DNA from: Candidatus Zipacnadia bacterium
Lineage (GTDB): Bacteria > Armatimonadota > Zipacnadia > Zipacnadales > UBA5352
DNA length: 64,000 bases
Assembly (NCBI GenBank): GCA_029820945.1
Contig: JALGUJ010000009.1
Coordinates: forward strand, 8,949-72,948
Reading direction: 5' to 3'
Position numbers and translations under genes: made by a program. The number at the start of each line of letters is the position of its first letter. Position 1 is the first letter of the stretch. Of this stretch, positions 45,728 to 53,759 are shown one piece after another. The notes beneath the pieces are model-generated. The model ran no database searches. It saw nothing but the letters and a program-made list of their open reading frames with translations, and had not been told where the DNA came from.

Positions 45728-45867
45728 TGACGATGTGTGACCGAACGGGCCGCCAACATGCCGAGAGGCTCGAGGGAAGCTCCCGTGACTGCACTCCCGA
45801 GCAGCTTCAGGAATGCCACGGCGAGGTCGAGATGCACCCGTGCGCGGACGAGAGCGACGATGAGTAA
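45727..45867 (+). CDS. small (46 aa) acidic Cys/His-rich ORF, translationally coupled on both sides
   Basis: MTMCDRTGRQHAERLEGSSRDCTPEQLQECHGEVEMHPCADESDDE. Its ATG overlaps the arsR TGA (ATGA). Its last codons (GATGAGTAA) contain the ATG of the downstream methyltransferase. Four Cys and three His could form a metal site. Confidence 0.35.
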   Translation: MTMCDRTGRQHAERLEGSSRDCTPEQLQECHGEVEMHPCADESDDE

Positions 45868-46540
45868 GCGCGGCGAGGGTTTGCCCGGTTCAGTTGATAC
45901 GAGGCGGCGCCGTGGCAAGCGGGCACTTCCGGACTACTACCCGTTTGTGGCCGAGGACATCGTGCGCCTCTGTCGGCCTCGTGGTGACGGGCTCTGGGTC
46001 GATCTGGGGGCTGGGGAGGGCCCCGTCGCGCTGGCGCTGGCCGAACGCTGTCAGGCGCGCATCATCCTCGTCGATCCCAATGGTGAGGCGCTCGTCGCGG
46101 CGCGTGAAGCTGCTGCCTCAAAGGGCTACGCCGACCGCATACACACGATGCGAGGACGGGCGGAGGCACTCCCGCTGGCCGACAGATCGGTGGACCTGGT
46201 GGTCAGCCGCGGCTCCATCTACTTCTGGGATGATCAGCCGCGGGGGCTGGCCGAAGTCTACCGGGTGTTGTGCGAGGGCGGGCAGGCAATGATCGGCGGA
46301 GGCATGGGCAGCAATTACCCGCAGTGGGCGCGGCAGGAGTTCATCCGCCGGCGGCATAAGGGCGTGCGCAGCAAGGGGCCGGAAGCCTACGAGCGCTTCC
46401 TCTGGCTGCGCGATCCGGAGACATTCGCAGCATGGGCGCATGAGGCGGAATTGCCTGAGTTCGAGGTCGTCGGCGAGGGCGGGAAGGCTCCCGAGGACCC
46501 GCGAGCCGGCCTCGGCATCTGGTTGCGTTTCGAGCGATGA
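45860..46540 (+). CDS. class I SAM-dependent methyltransferase
   Basis: Start refined to MSKRGEGLPGS. Motif I WVDLGAGEGPVALALAER, motif post-I ILVDPN, motif II SVDLVVSRGSIYFW. The Cys pattern does not match ArsM. Confidence 0.7.
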   Translation: MSKRGEGLPGSVDTRRRRGKRALPDYYPFVAEDIVRLCRPRGDGLWVDLGAGEGPVALALAERCQARIILVDPNGEALVAAREAAASKGYADRIHTMRGRAEALPLADRSVDLVVSRGSIYFWDDQPRGLAEVYRVLCEGGQAMIGGGMGSNYPQWARQEFIRRRHKGVRSKGPEAYERFLWLRDPETFAAWAHEAELPEFEVVGEGGKAPEDPRAGLGIWLRFER

Positions 46541-46551
46541 GGAGCGAAGTC

Positions 46552-47505
46552 ATGACTGCGGTGATCGAAGTCGAGGCGCTGACGAAGTGCTACGGGGAGT
46601 TCCTCGCCGTGGACGCTGTCAGCTTCGAGGTGCGCGAGGGCGAGATCTTCGGCTTCCTCGGGCCCAACGGGGCTGGCAAGACGACGACGCAGCGGATGCT
46701 GACCGGCGTCCTGCCTCCAAGCGAGGGCCGGGCCGTGGTGCTCGGCCACGACATCGTCGCCGACCCCGTGGCGGCCAAGGAGCGGATCGGCGTGGTGCCC
46801 GAGGTCGCGAACCCGTACATGGACCTGAGCGGCTGGCGGAACATGGTCTTCGCGGGGGAGCTGTACGGGCTCTCCGGGGCGGCGATACGGTCGCGCTCGG
46901 AGGAGCTGCTACGGCAGTTCAACCTCTGGGACCGGCGCGATGATATGGCCAAGCGCTACTCGAAGGGCATGAAGCAGCGGCTGGTCCTGGCGATGAGCCT
47001 GATCCACGAGCCGCGCGTGCTGTTCCTCGACGAGCCGACGGCCGGGCTGGACGTGGAGAGCCGGCGGATGATCCATGGGCAGGTCAGGGAGCTGGCGGAT
47101 CAGGGCGTGGCGGTCTTCTACACGACGCACAACATTGAGGAGGCGAACGTCCTGTGCGACCGCGTGGGGATTATCTGCCGCGGCGAGCTGGTCGCGCTGG
47201 ACTCCCCGGAGGCGCTCAAGTCCACCTTCGCCAGCAGCCAGTCCGTCGTTGTCGGCTTCGATACTCAGGTTGGCGCCGAAGCTCTCGATGCGTTCGACGA
47301 GGTGACGCACGTGGAGCGGCAGGGCGATAAGCTGCGGCTGTTCACGTCCGCGCCGGGTGAGGTCATCGAACGCCTCGTGAGCTTCGCGCAGGAGCGCGAT
47401 CTGGAGATACTCAGCGTCAATACTCTCGGCCCGAGCCTCGAAGAGGTGTTCGTGTCGCTCTCCTCGGGCGATTCAACCCATCAGAGCCCGCCCGGAGGTC
47501 GATGA
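46552..47505 (+). CDS. ABC transporter ATP-binding protein (ABC-2/DrrA-like exporter)
   Basis: Start refined to MTAVIEV, with TGAGGAG SD 6 nt upstream. Walker A GPNGAGKTTT, signature SKGMKQRL, Walker B LLFLDEPTAGLD. Confidence 0.9.
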   Translation: MTAVIEVEALTKCYGEFLAVDAVSFEVREGEIFGFLGPNGAGKTTTQRMLTGVLPPSEGRAVVLGHDIVADPVAAKERIGVVPEVANPYMDLSGWRNMVFAGELYGLSGAAIRSRSEELLRQFNLWDRRDDMAKRYSKGMKQRLVLAMSLIHEPRVLFLDEPTAGLDVESRRMIHGQVRELADQGVAVFYTTHNIEEANVLCDRVGIICRGELVALDSPEALKSTFASSQSVVVGFDTQVGAEALDAFDEVTHVERQGDKLRLFTSAPGEVIERLVSFAQERDLEILSVNTLGPSLEEVFVSLSSGDSTHQSPPGGR

Positions 47506-48242
47506 GCATGCGCAGGTGCTGGGCGATCGCGAAGAAGAACGTTCGGATCTACTACCTCAAGGGCCCGGTGCTGATCTTCGGGATACTCTTTCCGACATTT
47601 CTCTTTCTGGCCTTCGCCATCGGCCGCAACGTGCCGGGCGAGAGCCTGGTGCCGGGGCTGATCGGCATGGCGGTGTTCTTTACCGCCTCGGCGACGACGC
47701 CCGCGATCCTGCCCTTCGAGACGCGAACACGCACGCTCGAGCGGCTGCTGGTGGCGCCGCTGCCGCTCAGCGCGCTGATCGGCGGGGACGTGCTGTCCGC
47801 GCTCCTCTATGGCATCCTGCTCTCCGCGATTCCCATCGCGATCAGCTTCGGCCTGCTGGGAGCCAGCCTGGTGCAGCCGCTGGCGATCATCGCGGCGATT
47901 GTGCTCTCGGCGCTGTGCTTCGCGCTGCTCGGCACGCTGCTGTCCTCGCCGGCGACCGACGACCCGTCCTCGATCATGACGCTGTCGAACCTGGTCCGGC
48001 TGCCGCTGATCTTCTTCAGCGGCGTCTTCGTGCCGGTCAGCCAGATGCCGGAGTGGGGCCAGTGGCTGTCGCGGATCTCGCCGCTGACCTACACAACGGA
48101 GCTTCTGCGCGTGGCTATCGGACAGCAGGTGCGGATCGGCCCGTGGTGGTGCATCGTTGCACTGATCGGCTTCTCCGCGGCCTTCTGGGCGATGAGCATC
48201 ACGCTGCACCGCCGCAACATGAGCCGGCGGCTGGCACTGTAG
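47502..48242 (+). CDS. ABC-2 family transporter permease
   Basis: Six TM helices. The ATG overlaps the ATPase TGA (ATGA at 47502-05). Confidence 0.8.
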   Translation: MSMRRCWAIAKKNVRIYYLKGPVLIFGILFPTFLFLAFAIGRNVPGESLVPGLIGMAVFFTASATTPAILPFETRTRTLERLLVAPLPLSALIGGDVLSALLYGILLSAIPIAISFGLLGASLVQPLAIIAAIVLSALCFALLGTLLSSPATDDPSSIMTLSNLVRLPLIFFSGVFVPVSQMPEWGQWLSRISPLTYTTELLRVAIGQQVRIGPWWCIVALIGFSAAFWAMSITLHRRNMSRRLAL

Positions 48243-48257
48243 CCTGATTGTGCCGCC

Positions 48258-49658
48258 TCAGTATGCCCCTTTGCCGAAGAGCACCACGGGTATCGTCCGC
48301 AGCAGGATCACCAGGTCCAGCAGCAGCGAGCGGTCGTTGATGTAGTAGAAGTCGTACTCGATATTCTCCACCAGTGGCAGGTCCTTGCGGCCCAGGATCT
48401 GCCACAGGCCCGTCAGCCCCGGGCGGACCTGCAAGCGCAGCCGCTGCCACGGCTGGTACCGCTCGACGATGAAGGGCATCTCGGGCCGAGGTCCGACCAG
48501 CGACATGTCGCCGCGCAGCACGTTGATGAGCTGGGGCAGCTCGTCGAGCGAATAGCGCCGCAGCCAGCGGCCCGACGGCGTGATGCGCTCGTCGTCCTCG
48601 CCCGTGGGGGCGGGCGCGTAGGGATCGGCCTCCGGCGGCATGGTGCGGAACTTGAGCATGGTGAAAGGCTTACCGTCGAGGCCCACCCGCTCCTGGCGGA
48701 AGATCGCGCTCGCGCCCGTCTCGCGGCGGATCAGGATCGGCGCGACGATCCAGACCGGCAGTGTCAGCACCATGAGGATGACCGCGCCCAGGACATCGGC
48801 GGCCCGCTTGATCGCCTCCTGCCACCCGGCGAAGTGCCTGCGCCCCAGCGGCACCACGGGCAGGTCGGCGAGGCCAGAGACCTCCATCGAGCCGGTGAGA
48901 AGCTGCAGCGGACCGGCGACCAGGTGGAACTCGACCGGGTGCTCGCGGCACTCGGCAACGACCGCCATCAGGCGATCCACGTCGATGTCGGGATCGGCCA
49001 TCAGGACCTCATCGACGTTATGCTGCTCGACCAGCGCGGGCAGCTCTGACAGCCGCCCCAGGACCGGCAACCCGTCCACGGTGCCGCTCTCGTCGTCCGC
49101 CGAGGCGAAGCCCAGGAGGGCGTAGCCGAGGGACTCGTAGCGGCGGATGCGCTCGGCCACCACCTGGCCGAGCTCCCCACAGCCCACGATGATGGTCCGG
49201 GACTCGGACTCGGGCCGCCGCAGCACCTGCTGGCGGTAGCGCGCCAGCATGGCCCGCTCGGCGGAGGCGAGGATGATGCCCGAGAGCCAGAACAGGACGA
49301 GCATGGCGCGGGAGTAGTCGGTCCGCGATAGGAAGGAGGCCGCGGCCACCAGGATGGCGGCGATGGAGACGGCGCTGAGCGTCGCCACCACCTCGGCGAA
49401 GGGGGAGGTGAAGCGGCCAACTTCGTAAAGGTCGCGGGCGAAGAAGGCCAGCAGCCAGAGGGCGACCACGACCGGCGCGGCGTGGACGTACAGTTCCGCC
49501 GGGTGGCGCAGCGGCATGAGGACGGATGCCGGCACGTGCAGCCTGACGATGTAGGCGACCGCCATGGCCGCGAGGCACACGAGCACGTCGCAGGCCAGCA
49601 GGGCGGCGACCATGCGCCGCTCGAAGGCGCGACGTGGTGACAGACCCGTCGGGCTCAC
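48258..49658 (-). CDS. exopolysaccharide priming polyprenyl-phosphate hexose-1-phosphate transferase (WbaP/WcaJ family)
   Basis: N-terminal TM helices, a CoA-binding-like central domain, and the C-terminal 'bacterial sugar transferase' motif (GPRPEMPFIVERYQPWQRLRLQVRPGLTGLWQI). Confidence 0.85.
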   Translation of the reverse strand: MSPTGLSPRRAFERRMVAALLACDVLVCLAAMAVAYIVRLHVPASVLMPLRHPAELYVHAAPVVVALWLLAFFARDLYEVGRFTSPFAEVVATLSAVSIAAILVAAASFLSRTDYSRAMLVLFWLSGIILASAERAMLARYRQQVLRRPESESRTIIVGCGELGQVVAERIRRYESLGYALLGFASADDESGTVDGLPVLGRLSELPALVEQHNVDEVLMADPDIDVDRLMAVVAECREHPVEFHLVAGPLQLLTGSMEVSGLADLPVVPLGRRHFAGWQEAIKRAADVLGAVILMVLTLPVWIVAPILIRRETGASAIFRQERVGLDGKPFTMLKFRTMPPEADPYAPAPTGEDDERITPSGRWLRRYSLDELPQLINVLRGDMSLVGPRPEMPFIVERYQPWQRLRLQVRPGLTGLWQILGRKDLPLVENIEYDFYYINDRSLLLDLVILLRTIPVVLFGKGAY

Positions 49659-49802
49659 GGTCGAACCAGCTCGCCGGCGCTGCTGCGCGTCACGTGCTTC
49701 GTGGTGGATCCCCTGCTCTTGGAGTGTGTTGCAGGCCCCGCGGTTTCGCGCGCAGGAATGCGAACACGCGAGCGGAGAGGAAGGTCCATCGGGGGTGCGG
49801 CC

Positions 49803-50510
49803 TCATTCGCGCGGCGTGAGCGTCATGTCGATGTGCTGGCCGATGCCGTCGTCGTCGGGGATGGCCTGGACGGCCACGCTCCAGCTCCCGTGCTCGGCCG
49901 TGACATAGTCCATGGTGCCGACTGCAGGCTCGGAGATCCAGTAGGGGATGTCGGCCATGAGCTTGATGCGGCGGCAGAGGGGGCCGAAGTTGGAGGCGCC
50001 GATCTCCTGCAGGTCCTGCCAGCGGCCGCCGACGTGGAGCTGGGCCAGCCCGCCCTCGCTGCCGCCGGTCAGACGCAGCCGCCGGGCGCCCATCTCGATG
50101 GCGCGATTAAGCAGACGCTTGGAGAGCAGTACGGCCGGTGCAGGTGCAGCCTGCTCGGCGAGTTCGGCAAGTCGCTCACGGCTGGTGCCCGCGATCCCCA
50201 GCTCGGCCGCGGCGTCCAGGCAGTCGGCGACGGCCACCAGCGCGTCGGCGAGCCGCCCGTTGGCCTCGCCGGACAGCGCGGCGGCGCGGACCAGTGGGGG
50301 GAAGGCCTCGTCCATCTCGGCGATGCGCTGCGCCAGCGAGTCGCCGGCCTGCACCGAGGTCTCCAGGGAGACCGTCACCGGGGCCAGCGGCTCGATCTCC
50401 TGCGCCACCACCTCGAGCGCGCTGAGCATCGGCACGTCGAGGCTCAGCAGCGTGCCCAGCTCCCGGCACCACAGCGCGAGGATGGCTCGGTCCGCCCGTC
50501 GGTGATCCAT
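49803..50510 (-). CDS. GspF-domain + GspE N-terminal-domain protein lacking ATPase and TM segments
   Basis: Residues about 1-105 match the T2SS-F domain (GDSLAQRIAEMDEAFPPLVRAAALSGEANGRLADAL). Residues about 130-235 match the start of the GspE/PilB T2SE domain (ARRLRLTG ~ ASDIHIEP; HVGGRW ~ RIDG; RIKLMADI ~ RIKvMAgLDI) and stop before any Walker A. Confidence 0.5.
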   Translation of the reverse strand: MDHRRADRAILALWCRELGTLLSLDVPMLSALEVVAQEIEPLAPVTVSLETSVQAGDSLAQRIAEMDEAFPPLVRAAALSGEANGRLADALVAVADCLDAAAELGIAGTSRERLAELAEQAAPAPAVLLSKRLLNRAIEMGARRLRLTGGSEGGLAQLHVGGRWQDLQEIGASNFGPLCRRIKLMADIPYWISEPAVGTMDYVTAEHGSWSVAVQAIPDDDGIGQHIDMTLTPRE

Positions 50511-50525
50511 GCGGCCTGCCTTTCA

Positions 50526-50626
50526 TCAGTCGTTCATGTAGGACAGGCTTTCCAGCCTGTCAGTCGTTCTTGCGGCAAACGGCACCAAGTCTAACGGCAC
50601 TTGACAGGCTGGAAAGCCCGTCCTAC
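50526..50626. repeat. 25-bp inverted repeat pair (24/25) with internal palindromes, plus a 10-bp direct repeat
   Basis: Arm 1 gtaggacaggctttccagcctgtca (50538-62); arm 2 tgacaggctggaaagcccgtcctac (50602-26). Each arm carries ACAGGCT-N4-AGCCTGT. tcagtcgttc occurs at 50526-35 and 50560-69, flanking arm 1. Confidence 0.7.
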
Positions 50627-50666
50627 CAACGACATCGAATGATAGTGATTCAGAGGAATACCGCGT

Positions 50667-51245
50667 CTACCCGTCGCCCATCGCCCTGACCGCCGCCGCG
50701 CCCTTCTCGCGGGCCTCCTCGAGCTTGCCGGGCATCTCGGCGACCTTGCCCCACTCGGCGACGTTGGCCCCCACCTCGCCCAGGTACCGGGCCTCGAAGC
50801 CCTGCGCCCAGAGCTTCACCGGCTCGGTCACCCAGTGGCTCTGGTCCTCGTTGGGCGCGCCCCAGGCGGTGATGGCGAAGAAGCCTGAGCCCTCCATGCC
50901 CTCCCGCAGCCAGGGCGCGACGTAGTAGGCGCTCTGGCGGTCGATGACCATCTTCATCTGCGCGGTGACGCCCTGCCAATAGACGGGGCTGGCGAAGACC
51001 ACGATGTCGGCGGCGGCCATCCTGTGCAGCACGCCCGGCGTGTCGTCATCGGCCCGCACGTCCTCGCGCTCCTCCCAGACGTCCCCGACGGGGCCGATGG
51101 GCCGCAGGTTCAGGTCATCGAGGAAGATGCTCTCGACCTCCGCGCCCTCGGACCGCGCGCCCTCGGCGAAGGCCTCCGCCATCAGGTGCGTGTTCCCGTT
51201 GCGCCTGGGACTGCCCAGCAGGATGACGACCGTGATGTCAGGCAC
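50667..51245 (-). CDS. flavodoxin-like NAD(P)H-dependent FMN reductase family protein
   Basis: GTG start with AAGGAG SD. ITVVILLGSPRRNGNT...VVFASPVYW matches the FMN-reductase/flavodoxin fold signature. Confidence 0.7.
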   Translation of the reverse strand: MPDITVVILLGSPRRNGNTHLMAEAFAEGARSEGAEVESIFLDDLNLRPIGPVGDVWEEREDVRADDDTPGVLHRMAAADIVVFASPVYWQGVTAQMKMVIDRQSAYYVAPWLREGMEGSGFFAITAWGAPNEDQSHWVTEPVKLWAQGFEARYLGEVGANVAEWGKVAEMPGKLEEAREKGAAAVRAMGDG

Positions 51246-51410
51246 TGCAGGTCCACTCCTTGGTGCTCGCAGGCGACTCTAAGGGCAGTGACCCGGTGCG
51301 CGCTCTCCAGACGGGCTTCGGCACACTCCTCGCCGGTCACGGACCTAACCCGGGCCCTCAAAAGGTTGCGAGGGCCTCACGGCCTGGCGCAGCCGCCGTG
51401 GCACTGGCCG

Positions 51411-52454
51411 CTATTCCACCCTCGCGCCGCACTCGGGGCAGAACCGGGCGCCGGCCGGTACCGGGTGCCCGTTGGGGCATCGGCCGGGCAGGTCCTGCTC
51501 GATGCGCGCGCCGCACTCGGGGCAGAACTTCGCCTCGCGCGCGACCACGTGGCCGTTGGGGCAGGTCGTGGTGCCCGAGACCGGTGCCGCGCCCTGCGCC
51601 TGAGCGGCCTGAGCGGGCGAGAGGGCCTGGGTCATCATCTGGGCCATTGTGACGCCTAGGCCCAGGCCCGCGCCGGTGGCCGCCGCGCCGCCGGCATCGC
51701 CCCCGGACTTCGCCAGGTCGCCGATGGCCTGCGCGGTGCGGTAGCGGGTGAACCTGTCCAGGTCACCGACCGCGCCCATGCGCGAGCGCTCGTCGATCAT
51801 CTCGTTGACCTCATCGGGCGGCGTGATGGCATCGATCAGGAAGTCCTCGAGTTGCATGCCGTAGTTACGGAAGTCGCTGGTGAGACGCGCCTTCGTCGCA
51901 GCGCCCAGCTCGTCGTAGCGGCTGGCGAGGTCGAAGATCGACTCCAGGGTCTCGCCGAGCAGGTCGTTGAAGCGCGCGCAGATGAAGTCGCGCAGCCAGG
52001 CGGCGACGGACTCCGTGTCGTAGCGATGCTCGGTGCCGACCACCTTGTTGACGAAGAGCTGCGGGTCGTCCACGCGCATGGTGAAGAGCCCGTAGGCTCG
52101 CAGCCTTACCGCGCCCAGCTCACCGTCGCGAAAGATCACGGGGGAGGGCGTGCCCCACTTGAGGTTGGTGAAGGTCCGCATGTTGACGAAGTAGACCTCG
52201 GCCTGGAAGGGCGTGCGCCCGCCGAATGGGATGTTGATGATCCGCTCCAGCAGCGGCAGGTTGGCGGTGGTGAGGGTATGGCGGCCGGGGCCGAAGACGT
52301 CCAGCGCCCTGCCGTCGCGGAAGAACACCGCCGCCTGGCTCTCCCGAACCGTGAGCTGAGCGCCAAGGCTGATGTCCGCCTGGCCGTACTGGGGCCAGCG
52401 GTGCACGATCTCGTCGCCCGTGAAGTCAGTCCACTCGATGACATCGATTGCCAT
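51411..52454 (-). CDS. SPFH/Band-7 (Band_7_1-type) domain protein with C-terminal double zinc ribbon
   Basis: GAGGAGG SD. The N-terminal 250 aa are SPFH-like. The C-terminus has two copies of CPNGHxVxxxAxFCPECGAR (CxxxH...CxxC ribbons). Confidence 0.7.
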   Translation of the reverse strand: MAIDVIEWTDFTGDEIVHRWPQYGQADISLGAQLTVRESQAAVFFRDGRALDVFGPGRHTLTTANLPLLERIINIPFGGRTPFQAEVYFVNMRTFTNLKWGTPSPVIFRDGELGAVRLRAYGLFTMRVDDPQLFVNKVVGTEHRYDTESVAAWLRDFICARFNDLLGETLESIFDLASRYDELGAATKARLTSDFRNYGMQLEDFLIDAITPPDEVNEMIDERSRMGAVGDLDRFTRYRTAQAIGDLAKSGGDAGGAAATGAGLGLGVTMAQMMTQALSPAQAAQAQGAAPVSGTTTCPNGHVVAREAKFCPECGARIEQDLPGRCPNGHPVPAGARFCPECGARVE

Positions 52455-52468
52455 GGATCACGACCTCC

Positions 52469-52969
52469 TCAGCGCAGGCCTTGGGTGAAACGCAGGTCGA
52501 TGCGAGAGGGCGCCAGGGGGGCGCCCACAACGGCGTCGCGTTCGTCACGTTCCTCAACCACCACCGCCACGGAGCCGTCGTCGGCGGTGTACCACGCACA
52601 GCGCCCCCGCCCGAATCTCGTGCGTCCCTGCCAGGCCCCACGCTCGATGCGCAGCCGGTCCTCCCAGCGCCGGCGCAGTGTGCGGCCCTCGAGCTCGACG
52701 CTCTCGCCCGCCAGGGCGTCGGGCGGCAGGCTGTGCGCCTCGAGGACCTCATCGTCAAGCTGCAGGAGCAGCCGCGGCGGGCCGCCGAGACTTGGACGCA
52801 CCGTGGCGAGCCGGAAGGTGACGCGTCCGGTGCGCCCCACCAGCAGCTCCACGACCTGGTAGTCGTCGCCGTCAAGAAGGAGCTGGTCGCCCAGCCCCAG
52901 CGAGGGCCCTGGTGGCACTCTCGACGCCCCCTCAGGGTACGAGGTCGATGGCGACGTTCTCGCGCTCAT
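52469..52969 (-). CDS. DUF4178-like protein
   Basis: LGLGDQLLLDGDDYQVVELL...W.E..L fits the pattern I recall for DUF4178, a family usually adjacent to Band_7_1 SPFH genes. The start is uncertain; it overlaps the upstream gene by 38 nt. Confidence 0.45.
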   Translation of the reverse strand: MSARTSPSTSYPEGASRVPPGPSLGLGDQLLLDGDDYQVVELLVGRTGRVTFRLATVRPSLGGPPRLLLQLDDEVLEAHSLPPDALAGESVELEGRTLRRRWEDRLRIERGAWQGRTRFGRGRCAWYTADDGSVAVVVEERDERDAVVGAPLAPSRIDLRFTQGLR

Positions 52970-53447
52970 CGATCATGTCACTGAGCGCGTCGATGGCCTC
53001 GTCGAGGTCGGCCAGCGCCTCCTCGATCTCGTCCTCGGATGCGTCGGCCAGGGCATCCACGTCGTCCCGGACGTCGGCGATGAAGCCGCGCAGGGACAGG
53101 TCGTACTCGTAGAAGCGATGCAGGTCGTCCTCGTTGATCTTCACCAGGTCGAAGAAGCCGGAGTAGCCATAGTCGGCGTAGCGGAGCTTGTCGCCCGCAC
53201 GTCGCAGACGGCCCGCGATCTGCTCGAGGTCGTCGAGGTAGTCGATGCTGCCCGCGCGAGACCAACGGCTCGCGGTCTCCTCGAGGGCCTCAACGGCGTC
53301 CCCGATCTCATCGGCGAGGAACTCGCGCAGCATCTTGTCCGCCCCGCGACGCTGCTCGCGTTCCACATATCCGGAAAAGCCGGGGATAGCGTCGATGAGC
53401 TTCTGCAGGGGGTTGGGGTCTCGCTCTATGCGTTCCCTGAAGTCCAT
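52932..53447 (-). CDS. hypothetical acidic protein (first gene of the SPFH operon)
   Basis: Start refined to MDFRERIERDPNPLQKLIDAIPGF at 53447, with GGAGGTG SD 7 nt upstream. Highly acidic C-terminus (DDVDALADASEDEIEEALADLDEAIDAL). Confidence 0.45.
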   Translation of the reverse strand: MDFRERIERDPNPLQKLIDAIPGFSGYVEREQRRGADKMLREFLADEIGDAVEALEETASRWSRAGSIDYLDDLEQIAGRLRRAGDKLRYADYGYSGFFDLVKINEDDLHRFYEYDLSLRGFIADVRDDVDALADASEDEIEEALADLDEAIDALSDMIDERENVAIDLVP

Positions 53448-53608
53448 CAGCCACACCTCCACGAGTAGCTGCCGGCCGTACCAAGATTGATATTCCTTCT
53501 GCGCCTCGGTTCTCCTGCACCGGGCAGGTGCGGGAGGAAACAAAGGAAAAGGCGATCGCCCGGGAAGGTCTCCCCGGCGGCGGCGTGGAAGGGCACGAAA
53601 CCAGAGGT

Positions 53609-53638
53609 TTGACTCGATGCGACAGGGCTGAGTATACT
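53609..53638 (+). promoter_or_regulatory. sigma70-like promoter of cinA-thpR-recA
   Basis: TTGACT (53609-14), an 18-nt spacer, then TATACT (53633-38). The inverted repeat AGACGCG-CGC-CGCGTCT (53671-87) lies in the leader. Confidence 0.5.
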
Positions 53639-53759
53639 TGACCCATAACCCTGGATTGCAGGCGCGGCAGAGACGCGCGCCGCGTCTGAGCCCCGGGGGA
53701 TCACATATACAGAGCGGGCCCGGCAGGCGTTTGGCGCTCGCGGATGGGGCAACACGGAC

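Noticed and set aside
45860-46540. Calling the methyltransferase next to arsR an ArsM arsenite methyltransferase
   Set aside because: It is tempting from the ArsR context, but the protein is short (227 aa). Its three Cys (positions 38, 65, 146) do not match the conserved catalytic Cys triad spacing of ArsM relative to motif I. It is kept as a generic class I SAM methyltransferase.
52932-52969. 38-nt overlap between the acidic protein gene and the DUF4178-like gene, read as a possible programmed frameshift or fusion
   Set aside because: More simply explained by an uncertain start of the downstream gene, since no slippery heptamer is evident. Left as two genes with an ambiguous start.
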